NCBI GenBank assembly: GCA_050696815.1
Contig: JBOGYW010000001.1
Coordinates: 325-64,324 of the forward strand
Direction of reading: 5' to 3'
Source of the DNA: Solirubrobacterales bacterium
GTDB taxonomy: Bacteria; Actinomycetota; Thermoleophilia; Solirubrobacterales; JACPNS01
Length of the DNA stretch: 64,000 nt
Shown piece by piece: positions 53,701 through 59,759 of the stretch. The notes beneath the pieces are model-generated. The model ran no database searches. It was given only the letters and a program-made list of their open reading frames with translations, and was not told the DNA's origin. The position numbers and the translations under genes were made by a program. Numbering within the stretch: position 1 is the first letter of the stretch; every line of letters starts with the position of its first letter.

Positions 53701-55593
53701 CTGACGATCACCGGTCTGGCCGACGGTCCGCACACCTTCGACGTGCGCGCGATCGACGAAGCCGGCAACCCGGACCCGGCACCGGCCAGCTTCAGCTGGA
53801 CGATCGACACGAGCGCCCCGGCCGCACCGGCGATCACCTCGCCCGCCGACCCGACGACCACGTCCGACAACACGCCGACCTTCAGCGGCACCGCCGAGGC
53901 GAACAGCACCGTCGTCGTCTACAACGGCGCCAGCGCGCTGGGTTCGACGACAGCCGACGGCAGCGGCAACTGGAGCTTCACGCCGAGTAGCGCGATGAGC
54001 GACGGTGCGCACGCGGTCACCGCAAAGGCCAGCGACGCCGCGGGCAACACCAGCCCGGCCTCGAACACGGTCAATGTGACGATCGACGCCTCGGCGCCGC
54101 AGACGAGCATCGACTCGCACCCGGCCAGTGTGACCAACGACAACACGCCGAGTTTCACCTTCAGCGCCGACGAGTCGAGCACCTTCGAGTGCAACCTCGA
54201 CAGCGCCGGCTGGAACACCTGCAGCAGCCCGCTCAACATGAGCGCGCTGGCCGACGGCAACCACACCTTCCAGGTGCGCGCGATCGACGCCAGCAACAAC
54301 ACCGACGCTACGCCGGCCAGCTTCAGCTGGAAGATCGACACGGACGCCCCGGCTGCGCCGGTGGTGACCGGCCCGGCTGAGGGTTCGACAACCAACGACA
54401 GCACGCCGCACATCACCGGTACGGCCGAGGCGAACAGCACGGTCAATGTGTTGATCGACGGCTCGCCGGTCGGCACTGCAACTGCCAACGGTTCGGGCAA
54501 CTGGAGCTTCGACGCTCCGGCTGCGCTCGCCGACGGCGCCCACACCGTGAGCGCGTCCGCGACCGACGCCGCCGGCAACACCGGCCCGACGTCCAGCGAC
54601 ACGCACTTCACGGTCGACACGACGCCGCCGGGCGGCACTGCCACGCAGGACCCGACAACTACGGGACCGGGCAAGTCGCCGGTCTTCGATCTGGCCACTC
54701 CGGATGGCACGGCCACGATCACCTGCAGCCTCGACGGCGGCTCGTTCAGCACGTGCAGCACGCCGTTCGCGCCGCAGGGTCTTTCGTTCGGCCACCACAC
54801 GCTTACGGTCCACTTCACGGACCCGTCCGGCAACCAGACCGTCAAGGTGATCGACTTCGACGTCGTCGCCGACGCCACGCCGATCGAGCCGCCGACGGTG
54901 CCGACCTGCCCGGTCGACGAGGGCGACGAGCCGGCGGTTCCGGCGAACATCAATGTTCTGTCGGCCCAGATCAGCCGCAAGACGCTGCTGAAGTTCACGG
55001 TCACCAGCGACCAGTTCATCATCGCCCGCATCACCGTGAAGAACGGCTCGAAGAAGCTCGGCACCGCGGTTCGCGCGATCAACAAGGGCAAGCGCTTCTT
55101 CGTGCTGAAGGTCAAGAAGCTGCCGAAGGGCACGCAGCTGACCGCGCGTCTGAACGCGATCAGCCTGAGCGGCGGTAAGTCCGTCGCGCAGACCGGATTG
55201 AACGTGGACAAGACGGGCAAGGTCACGGTTGGCGCGCTCAACGGCCAGGCAGGCGGTTCCGCCGGCACGAGCGTGACCGACTGCAACAAAGAGACTGGCG
55301 CGCCGAAGTTGAAGCTGACGGTCGCGACCAAGGCCAAGGTGAAGATCGGCACGAACAAGCTGACGGTCACCGCGACTTCAACTCAATTCGCAGTAGCGAC
55401 CTTCAAGGTGATCCAGAACGGCAAGGTTTTGGGCCGCAAGGTCTACCTGCTCAAGCCGGGCAAGAAGCTGAAGCGTCCGCTGAAGCTGCTCGGCTCATCA
55501 AAGCTTGCCAAGGGCAAGGCGACGGTAAAGGTCTCGATCTTCTCCGTCGACGGCGTCCGCGTGAAAACGACCAAGAGCGTCAAGGTCAAGTAG
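44791..55593 (+). CDS. Giant secreted repeat protein: Gly-rich N-terminal domain, ~33 Ig-like modules, duplicated Lys-rich C-terminal domain (adhesin/S-layer-like)
   Basis: The track ORF is 44677..55593. I set the start at ATG 44791 (MTPQLAMRNSLSRTLVFVFAVLIATLAFSATAFGEA, a signal peptide). N-terminal ~480 aa hold GGGGxGGxGG turns (GGGGGNGGAGGKGG, GGGGGAGD, GGAGGGIVLVRGATLTG, GGGGAGGTVLVRF). Tandem ~85-95-aa modules follow, then two Lys-rich ~100-aa repeats at the end. No LPXTG motif. Confidence 0.9.
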   Translation: MTPQLAMRNSLSRTLVFVFAVLIATLAFSATAFGEADTFLNGDGHDGNPGPLAAGTTVPNAVAPVSGAVSAGATSLTIGTVRAGSGTGAVTFANSRLVIVYQSTGFSGSPTSGDQTTADITSQGVGKWEFARISTFASPTLNFTNPLINSYAAGSTQVIAVPEYSALTVSNAGRNINAQAWDGTSGGIVTFLVQGTLSFTAAGTVSANSLGYRGAVSYLNDTTSVLGCTQNNGNGTTNPAGMKGEGIYPSAFSTTTPAGNILYEGRGNYLNAGAGGDCFNASGGGGGNGGAGGKGGTTLAGYDGARDFGGLGGVGLTYNAYQQMVFGGGGGAGDRNNADPGTGGAGGGIVLVRGATLTGTANFQANGGAGVAGNAVSSPYDGSGGGGAGGTVLVRFQNGVACTGATANGGVGGNNGNNGSYTWSPAGGGGGGKVYVQGTSAGSCPGTASGGANGTTQGGAANGAVAGGAGATTSNTTGIVAPTGAVTAPTASQYLATATPTFSGTSTNNATIYVYVDNVYVGTTTANGSGNWSYVSASLTNAGHNVKIRPELAGISGATTSNVAFTVDTVTPTISVTSPANGATVNTATPTLTFSVTETNTGTTQCSIDSGAYAACSSGSAMASLSNASHTVAVRHTDLAGNVGTTTNTFTVDTVNPVVTISAPTASQYVATATPGVTFSVADATATTTQCSVDGGAYSACTSVFTTGSLSNAAHSVAVRATDAAGNQGTTTRNFTVDTVFPVVTISAPTAGANLNTATPTITFSVTETNTGTTTCSVDGGSFAACSSPFTTGTLTDGPHTVQVRHTDLAGNQTTSSRSFNTDTSLPAAPNITTPAGNITTSNATPAISGTAEANSTVTIYDGASSIGTTTADGSGNWSFTPGSALSNAAHVITARATDAATNQGPASASRTITVDTINPVVTISAPTASQYVATATPGVTFSVADATATTTQCSVDGGAYAACTSVFTTGTLTNAAHSVAVRATDAAGNQGTTTRNFTVDTTAPVVTVTAPANGSTVATANSTITFSVTETNQSATTCSIDGGAYSACTSGVTTTGSLADGPHSVAVRHVDLAGNSATTTNNFTVDTTNPVVTISSPTAAQYVATATPSVSFSVADATATTTQCSVDGGAYAACTTGFTTGTLTNAAHSVAVRATDAAGNQGTTTRNFTVDTVLPVVNISAPTASQVFGTNSTTISFSVTETNSGTTQCSFDGGAYSACSTGVSTGVLSDAVHDVTVRHTDLAGNIGSSTRSFTIDTTNPVVTISSPTNGQVVNTATPGISFSVADATTTTTQCSVDGGAYSACTSVFTTGSLTDAAHSVAVRATDQAGNQGTTTRNFTVDTTFPTVTILTPANGANLNTATPTVTFTVTDNNLGATTCSVDGGAYSACSSPWTTPSLTDGPHTLNVRHTDAAGNVATSSRSVTIDTSLPLAPNITTPSGSIYTTNTTPTISGTAEANSTVTIYDGVSSIGTTTADGSGNWTFTPGSALSQAAHSITARATDAANNQGPASAARSITVDTTTPVVNVTAPTAAQVFGTSSTTVSFSVTETNQGTTQCSFDGGTYNTCATGVSTGVLTDGGHNVTVRHTDLAGNVGSTTRAFTIDTTNPVVTISAPTAAQYVNTATPGVTFSVADATATTTQCSVDGGAYGACTSVFTPSTLSDAAHSVAVRATDAAGNQGTTTRNFTVDTTNPTVTITGPTAGANLNTATPSITFTVADTNLGTTTCSVDGGSFAACSSPFTTGTLTDGAHTVQVRHTDLAGNVTTQSRSFNTDTSLPAAPNITTPAGNITTNNATPAISGTAEANSTVTIYDGASSIGTTTADGSGNWSFTPGSALSDAAHVITARATDAATNQGPASASRTITIDTINPVVTISAPTASQYVASDTPSVTFSVADATATTTQCSVDGGAYAACTTGFTPSTLTDGPHSVAVRATDAAGNQGTTTRNFTVDTTFPTVTILTPASGESLNTSTPTVTFTVSDSNPGATTCSVDGGAFSACSSPFTTPTLTDGPHTVSVRHTDAAGNAATSARSFTVDTGAPAAPVITTPATNIVTSNTTPAISGTAEADTTVTVYDGAAPLGTTTADGSGNWSFTPGSALATGAHSITARATDSSNNQGPASSSRTITVDTTAPVVGISSPTSGQVFGTSSTTVSFGVTETNPGLSECSIDGGSYSTCSTGVSTGALGDGPHNVSVRHTDAAGNIGTASRGFVIDTTDPVVTISAPTAGQVVGSATPGISFSVSDATSTTTQCSVDGGSYGPCSSVFTTGTLTDGSHSVAVRATDQGGNQGTTSRSFVVDTTAPSVTIDSPADGAYVSDDTPTVTFTVTDDNPGTTECAVDGGAFAACSSPFTAPSLSDGPHTIAVRHTDEGGNVTTESITLNVDTTAPAAPAITSPATDITTSDTTPTVGGTAEANSTVTIYDGATAIGTTTADGSGDWTFTPGSPLSEGTHTFSATATDAAGNEGTSSNDRVITIDTTDPSVSITAPATDGSVTGDDTPDITFTATDSSSLTIECSVDGGSYVACSSPFTTPALTDGTHSVTVRATDDAGNTSSDTRSFVVDTTAPIVSITAPGSGDVISDDTPTVTFTVTEDNPGTTECSVDGGAFAPCSSPFTTPTLTDGPHTVTVRHTDEGGNASTDSRSFTVDTTAPNAPVITSPAADISTSDTTPTLSGTAEANSTVTIYDGATAIGTTTADGSGDWTFTPGSALSEGDHIFSATATDAAGNEGVHSNDRTITIDTTNPAAPAITSPSGDLTTSDTTPTISGTAEPSSTVTIYDDGTAIGTTTADGSGNWSFTPSTPLSEDDHPLTATAKDAAGNEGDPSTVHTVTIDTTAPNVAISAPTAGQHVNTDSPELDFTVTDANGPTSTCSIDGGSYSVCASGDTLGPLSDGSHSVSVRGTDDAGNTATASRSFVVDTTPPVTTLDETPDANDPSSDATFKFSSNESPSTFECRVDGGSWTLCTSPLTITGLADGPHTFDVRAIDEAGNPDPAPASFSWTIDTSAPAAPAITSPADPTTTSDNTPTFSGTAEANSTVVVYNGASALGSTTADGSGNWSFTPSSAMSDGAHAVTAKASDAAGNTSPASNTVNVTIDASAPQTSIDSHPASVTNDNTPSFTFSADESSTFECNLDSAGWNTCSSPLNMSALADGNHTFQVRAIDASNNTDATPASFSWKIDTDAPAAPVVTGPAEGSTTNDSTPHITGTAEANSTVNVLIDGSPVGTATANGSGNWSFDAPAALADGAHTVSASATDAAGNTGPTSSDTHFTVDTTPPGGTATQDPTTTGPGKSPVFDLATPDGTATITCSLDGGSFSTCSTPFAPQGLSFGHHTLTVHFTDPSGNQTVKVIDFDVVADATPIEPPTVPTCPVDEGDEPAVPANINVLSAQISRKTLLKFTVTSDQFIIARITVKNGSKKLGTAVRAINKGKRFFVLKVKKLPKGTQLTARLNAISLSGGKSVAQTGLNVDKTGKVTVGALNGQAGGSAGTSVTDCNKETGAPKLKLTVATKAKVKIGTNKLTVTATSTQFAVATFKVIQNGKVLGRKVYLLKPGKKLKRPLKLLGSSKLAKGKATVKVSIFSVDGVRVKTTKSVKVK
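46230..54870 (+). repeat. Intragenic tandem array of ~255-285-bp units encoding two Ig-like module types
   Basis: Manual parse gives 23 Cys-pair modules (consensus ...TFSV.D...TTQCSVDGGAY.ACTS.FTTG.L.D..HSVAVRATDAAGNQGTTTRNFTVDT) and 10 Cys-free modules (...ISGTAEANSTVTIYDG...IGTTTADGSGNWSFTPGSALS..AH.ITARATD...). Long near-identical DNA stretches occur, for example 47242-47592 versus 50098-50448. Confidence 0.9.
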
Positions 55594-55623
55594 CGCGTCC
55601 GTTTGGGAGGGCACACCAGAAAT

Positions 55624-55653
55624 CGAGCCGCACTGTCTGGCGGCTCGGTTTCG
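55624..55653 (+). terminator. Rho-independent-type terminator after the giant gene
   Basis: Perfect 8-bp stem CGAGCCGC / GCGGCTCG with loop ACTGTCTG, followed by GTTTCG, 30 nt after the stop. A second imperfect hairpin lies at about 55658-55693. Confidence 0.55.
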
Positions 55654-55770
55654 TATGGACGCGACCGGGTCGGAACTCTGCCGGCTCGGTCGCCCTCCCT
55701 GTAATTCTCTTCCGCGAGGCGCCTAGCGCCCGCCCCATGCCAGCAGCACCTGCCCGTATCCTCCAGCGAC

Positions 55771-55844
55771 GGGCCGGTAGCTCAGTTGGTTAGAGCAGGG
55801 GACTCATAATCCCTGGGTCGTAGGTTCGAGTCCTACCCGGCCCA
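55771..55844 (+). tRNA. tRNA with CAU anticodon (elongator tRNA-Met, or tRNA-Ile2 if C34 is lysidinylated)
   Basis: GGGCCGGTAGCTCAGTTGGTTAGAGCAGGGGACTCATAATCCCTGGGTCGTAGGTTCGAGTCCTACCCGGCCCA. Acceptor stem is 7 bp (GGGCCGG/CCGGCCC), with a canonical D loop, T loop GGTTCGAGTCC and anticodon loop CTCATAA. G1:C72 argues against an initiator. No encoded CCA. Confidence 0.9.
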
Positions 55845-55884
55845 CTAAAGGAAGGCCCCAAATCCAGCCGACTGGATCGCAGCA

Positions 55885-56814
55885 ATGAATCAACTCAAAG
55901 CCCTGGTCCGGGATCGCACTCTTCGAAGAGATATCGCTCTCATCGTTTTCGGAGTCGTCCTCGGGGCTTTCCTCCCCGACGTGCGACACGGCATCGCAGA
56001 TGCCTTCACTTCTGAGCCGCTTTCCCCAGCGGCGCAAATCGCAAGAATCGAACGCGACGCCGCGCGCGACCACTATGCGACCGGCCTGAGGCGCCTTAGC
56101 CTGCGTGGCGACGGAACGCAATCGCTTGTCGTCTTACTTCGATATTCACCGCCTAAATCAACGGACTGGGAGAAATGGAAGTCAGACGAGGTCCGCATCT
56201 ACGACATGACCAGCGAAAATGGATCGGAACGTTGGAAGCTCGGATTTCGATTCCGTCCGGTGTCCACGTTCACGCCGCCCATTTTTGGAACCGCTTGGAG
56301 ATTCTCTTTCGACAACTCCTTTTCGGTGGGCCCCGACGATCGCACGGCCATCCTTGGTGAGTTTCACGAAAACCATGCAGACCAATCAAGTGCCCGCCCT
56401 GTCTTGATTCGCTGGGATCACGGATCGCAGGAATACACAATCTCTTCCCTGCTTCGGGGACCACTTCGAATCCCTGTCGGAAAAGACTCGACAGGCCGTG
56501 CGCAGTTCATGCGAAAGGTCTATACGGCCCCAGCCGCCCTCAAGAACGAGTTTGGAGCCGAAACATTGCGAGTGTTTGGCACGGGCGCAGTTGGTATCGA
56601 CAAGAGCGAAAACGGGCAAACCCTCTTGTTGGCAACGCCAGTAGGAAGCGCCAAGTTCGTACTTTCTGGACAGTGCCTTGAAGCTGACGGTGCCGCGATT
56701 GACAAATGGCCGTGCGGACACGTTCGGGTCAAATGGACGCCGTCGCTTTTTGATCGAGACGGCATCGCCAAAGCCTGGCACGCCCAGGCCGGAAACTCTC
56801 ATGGGCTCGGCTAA
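55885..56814 (+). CDS. Hypothetical membrane-anchored protein (low-GC islet)
   Basis: 309 aa with a real ATG. A single N-terminal TM helix (IALIVFGVVLGAFL) is followed by a domain with no motif I recognise. Codon usage is visibly more AT-rich than the flanks. Confidence 0.6.
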   Translation: MNQLKALVRDRTLRRDIALIVFGVVLGAFLPDVRHGIADAFTSEPLSPAAQIARIERDAARDHYATGLRRLSLRGDGTQSLVVLLRYSPPKSTDWEKWKSDEVRIYDMTSENGSERWKLGFRFRPVSTFTPPIFGTAWRFSFDNSFSVGPDDRTAILGEFHENHADQSSARPVLIRWDHGSQEYTISSLLRGPLRIPVGKDSTGRAQFMRKVYTAPAALKNEFGAETLRVFGTGAVGIDKSENGQTLLLATPVGSAKFVLSGQCLEADGAAIDKWPCGHVRVKWTPSLFDRDGIAKAWHAQAGNSHGLG

Positions 56815-56855
56815 CTAGCACCGTTCAATCAGCATTTCCGCGTCGAGACACCGTT

Positions 56856-57728
56856 TCAGCCTCCCTGTCGCCAAGTGGTTCGGGTCAATATGCGATCCGG
56901 CCCAATTTGGAACTGCGAGCGAATCGCCGAAACGTCGGCCAGCGGAGCGGTTTCCGCGTAGGTATTGACCTCCTCACGCCGTCTGAAACGGCGGATCCAA
57001 CGATTCGACTTCTCAAGGCTGCCCGCGTACTCATATCTAGATTTCGACCACATTTCCTGTGACGCACTAGTTCTCGGCCCGAAAGGTATGGCGTGTTGCT
57101 TGAAAGCGCGTCCAAACCACAGATAAAAATCAGCGCACGCGTCCACGATGCCCCAGGCGTAAGTCTTGTAATTGCCCGGGTTTGCTCCGTACTTCAAGTC
57201 CAAAAATCGCGCGTTGGCAGTCGCCCCTGGGATGAAATAGTCAAGTCGCACGCCAAATGCCGAATCCTTTGCCTTCGTCATTTCGGCAAACCGGGTGTCG
57301 CGCAGCTTGACGGTACCCACCGCAGGCGCCTCAAAAGACGGACGGAAAGATTGGTCGCACGAAGTGACTGTGTAGAGCTGGGTAGTCCCGTCCCGCGTGC
57401 TCACAGTTTGCACCCAGTAGTCGCGCCGCTGATATGTCTTCTCGACAAACCGCCGGTTCTTCGAAGGCCTCACAAAAGCTGGCGCGCCCAATTCGGAGTC
57501 AAATCGCGAGGTACTAAAGCCAGCTTTTAGGCCTTCCAGAATCGCATACTCGTGGCTCCGCCAATTGACTTTGCGATCCGCACTCTGATAAATGTTCGAC
57601 GCGGTTGACACGAGCACGATGATCGCTGACAGGAACGCCGCAACAAAAAACGTCATCACCACTGTCGGATTGCTCTTGACACGAGCTTCAAAGCGTTGCG
57701 CCCAATTTCCACCACCTTGATCGGCCAT
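56856..57728 (-). CDS. Hypothetical membrane-anchored protein (low-GC islet)
   Basis: 290 aa with a real ATG. N-terminal TM helix (PTVVMTFFVAAFLSAIIVLVSTA), remainder unrecognised. Convergent with the previous gene across a 41-nt gap. Confidence 0.6.
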   Translation of the reverse strand: MADQGGGNWAQRFEARVKSNPTVVMTFFVAAFLSAIIVLVSTASNIYQSADRKVNWRSHEYAILEGLKAGFSTSRFDSELGAPAFVRPSKNRRFVEKTYQRRDYWVQTVSTRDGTTQLYTVTSCDQSFRPSFEAPAVGTVKLRDTRFAEMTKAKDSAFGVRLDYFIPGATANARFLDLKYGANPGNYKTYAWGIVDACADFYLWFGRAFKQHAIPFGPRTSASQEMWSKSRYEYAGSLEKSNRWIRRFRRREEVNTYAETAPLADVSAIRSQFQIGPDRILTRTTWRQGG

Positions 57729-57913
57729 CTACCAAGGTTAGGAGCGTGGTCGGCACCGCTCGCATATCGAAACGACTCAACGTCAGATGCCTCCGTGGCG
57801 CAAGCTCTTAGACTTGCGATCGTTCAGCTCTGCTCCGGGTCCATCACCCAAGTTCGACTCGGCGAAAGGGCAGCAAATCTATTCGCCATCCAATCTCTCG
57901 GGGAGACTCCGTC

Positions 57914-59380
57914 TTGAAACGCTCAAGTCGTTACTTGCTCGTTCCGGTACTCACTGCGGCAATTTCGCTGCTTCTTCTGCCTGCGCTCGCTAACGCGGCC
58001 GCGGGCGCCACACAACCAATCACCACCAGCAACGCCGCCATCGACACCCTCTGGGTGCTGCTCTGCGCGTTCCTGGTCGTGTTCATGCTCTGCGGCCTCG
58101 CCGCGCTTGAAGTCGGCCTCGTCCGCGGCAAAAACGCCGGCTCGATCATCGCCAAGATCGTCTTCAACATGGGGATCGCGACCGTCGCCTTTTGGGCGGT
58201 CGGGTTTGCGATCGGCTTCGGCGGCGGAGACATCGCCGGCACCAAGGGCTGGTTCCTGACCGGCTTTGGCGATCCGCTCCAGGCCTTCCCCGCGATGGCG
58301 GGCTCGGACGCCTCGATCTACGCGAAGTTCCTCTTCCAGTACGCCTTCGCGGCCGTCACCCTCGGCATCGCGGTCGGGCCGCTGGTCGAGCGCGTCAAGT
58401 TCAGCACCTACATCATCTTCGGCGTGCTCTTCGCCGGGATCATCTACCCGATCGAGGCGCACTGGGTGTACGGCGGCGGCTTCCTGCAACAGTGGGGCAT
58501 GCAGGACTTCGCGGGATCGACCGCGGTTCACCTCGCGGCCGGCGTCGCCGGTCTTGCCGGCTGCATGCTGCTCGGTCCGCGTCGCGGCAAGTACCGCGAC
58601 GGCATCTCGCGCCCACTCCCCGGCCACTCAATGCCGATGTTCGGCCTCGGCATCATGATCCTGTGGTTCGGCTGGTTCGGCTTCAACGCCGGCTCCACCT
58701 TCCAGGCGCTCGGCGTGCACTTCGCCGAAGTGGCGGTCGTAACCAACATGTCGGTCGCCTGCGGCGTGCTCGGCGCCACGGCCGTCAACTACCTGATCGA
58801 CAAGGACTTCAACATCGCGATGATCGGCAACGGCGCGATCGCCGGCGCGGTCGCGATCACCGCCCCCTCCGGCTACGTCGAGCCGTGGGCGGCGATTCCG
58901 ATCGGACTGATCGGCGGCGCGCTCGTGGTGCTCGGCCTCAACTGGATCGACGGCAAGCTCGACGACCCGATCGGCGCGATCACCGCGCACGGCATGGTCG
59001 GTCTTTGGGGCACGATCGCGGTCGGCCTGTTCTCGGTGCCGAAGTTCGCGACGCTCGCGGGCGTCGGCGCGAAGAAGAGTGGCGAGTTTTCCGGCGGTCT
59101 ATTCATAACGGGTGACCCGAAGCAGCTGTTCGTGCAGATCGGTGGCGCGGCGATCGTCGCGGCGTTCGTCTTCATCACCAGCTTCGCGGTCTTTGGCGCG
59201 ATCAAGGGCACGATCGGCATGCGCGTCACGCCGGAGGAAGAAGACGCCGGCCTAGACATCTCCGACCACGGCATGTACGGCTACCCGGAGGTCTTCATTC
59301 CGCCGACCGAGCTCGCCGATCCGGGAATCCCCGGCGCCACCAGCTACCAGACGAGCCAAGCGCTCGGCTTCACCTCTTAG
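57914..59380 (+). CDS. amtB: Ammonium transporter (Amt family)
   Basis: 488 aa with a TTG start and a signal-like N-terminus. Amt signatures AID(T)LWVLLCAFLVVFM, DFAGSTAVHLAAGVAGLAG, WFGWFGFNAGS and AITAHGMVGLWGTIAVGLF. Confidence 0.95.
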   Translation: MKRSSRYLLVPVLTAAISLLLLPALANAAAGATQPITTSNAAIDTLWVLLCAFLVVFMLCGLAALEVGLVRGKNAGSIIAKIVFNMGIATVAFWAVGFAIGFGGGDIAGTKGWFLTGFGDPLQAFPAMAGSDASIYAKFLFQYAFAAVTLGIAVGPLVERVKFSTYIIFGVLFAGIIYPIEAHWVYGGGFLQQWGMQDFAGSTAVHLAAGVAGLAGCMLLGPRRGKYRDGISRPLPGHSMPMFGLGIMILWFGWFGFNAGSTFQALGVHFAEVAVVTNMSVACGVLGATAVNYLIDKDFNIAMIGNGAIAGAVAITAPSGYVEPWAAIPIGLIGGALVVLGLNWIDGKLDDPIGAITAHGMVGLWGTIAVGLFSVPKFATLAGVGAKKSGEFSGGLFITGDPKQLFVQIGGAAIVAAFVFITSFAVFGAIKGTIGMRVTPEEEDAGLDISDHGMYGYPEVFIPPTELADPGIPGATSYQTSQALGFTS

Positions 59381-59402
59381 ATCCAGAAGGGATACTCACA
59401 CC

Positions 59403-59759
59403 ATGAAGAAAATCGAAGCATTTGTCCGCCACGAAGCATTTGACGGGATCCGCCGCGAGCTGTTCGCAAAGGGCATCCCGAGCATGTCGATCACCGAGGT
59501 CAAGGGCTCAGGGCGCCAAGGCGGCGTCACCGAGCACTACCGCGGCGCCGAGCTTGTGATCCACCTACGCCCGAAGCTGAAGATCGAGTGCGTCGCTCCC
59601 GACCACGAGGTCGAGCTGATCGTCGAGACGATCCTCGAGCACGCCAAGACCGGCGAGGTCGGCGACGGCAAGATCTTCATCCTGCCGGTAGAAGACGCGA
59701 TTCGCGTACGCACCGGCGAGCGTGGCGACGTGGTGATGGAGCTACACGAGAACGACTAG
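59403..59759 (+). CDS. glnK: P-II nitrogen regulatory protein (GlnK type, by linkage to amtB)
   Basis: 118 aa. MKKIEAFVR..., T-loop TEVKGSGRQGGVTEHYRGAEL, and C-terminal GDGKIFILPVEDAIRVRTGE. Confidence 0.95.
   Translation: MKKIEAFVRHEAFDGIRRELFAKGIPSMSITEVKGSGRQGGVTEHYRGAELVIHLRPKLKIECVAPDHEVELIVETILEHAKTGEVGDGKIFILPVEDAIRVRTGERGDVVMELHEND

Noticed and set aside
46230-54870. Regularly spaced ~260-280-bp repeats that could superficially suggest a CRISPR or satellite array.
   Set aside because: The units are far longer than CRISPR repeats and have no unique spacers. They maintain one open reading frame that encodes protein modules.
46609-55370. Numerous 70-500-aa minus-strand and off-frame ORFs inside the giant gene (for example 46609..47724, 49078..50580, 50707..51897, 53605..54813, 53919..55370).
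   Set aside because: Repetitive high-GC coding sequence keeps alternative frames open. The products are Arg/Gly/Ala-rich or mirror-image repeats. The plus-strand frame has a signal peptide and coherent Ig-module repeats.
55804-56121. 105-aa minus-strand ORF overlapping the tRNA.
   Set aside because: It overlaps a well-folded tRNA and the 5' end of the 309-aa plus-strand gene. It is most likely spurious.
57840-57870. Possible att-like direct repeat of the tRNA 3' end (caagttcgactcgg versus aggttcgagtcctacccgg) at the far side of the low-GC islet.
   Set aside because: Only about 9 nt match, with a mismatch, which is within chance expectation. No integrase is present, so I do not claim a bounded integrative element.
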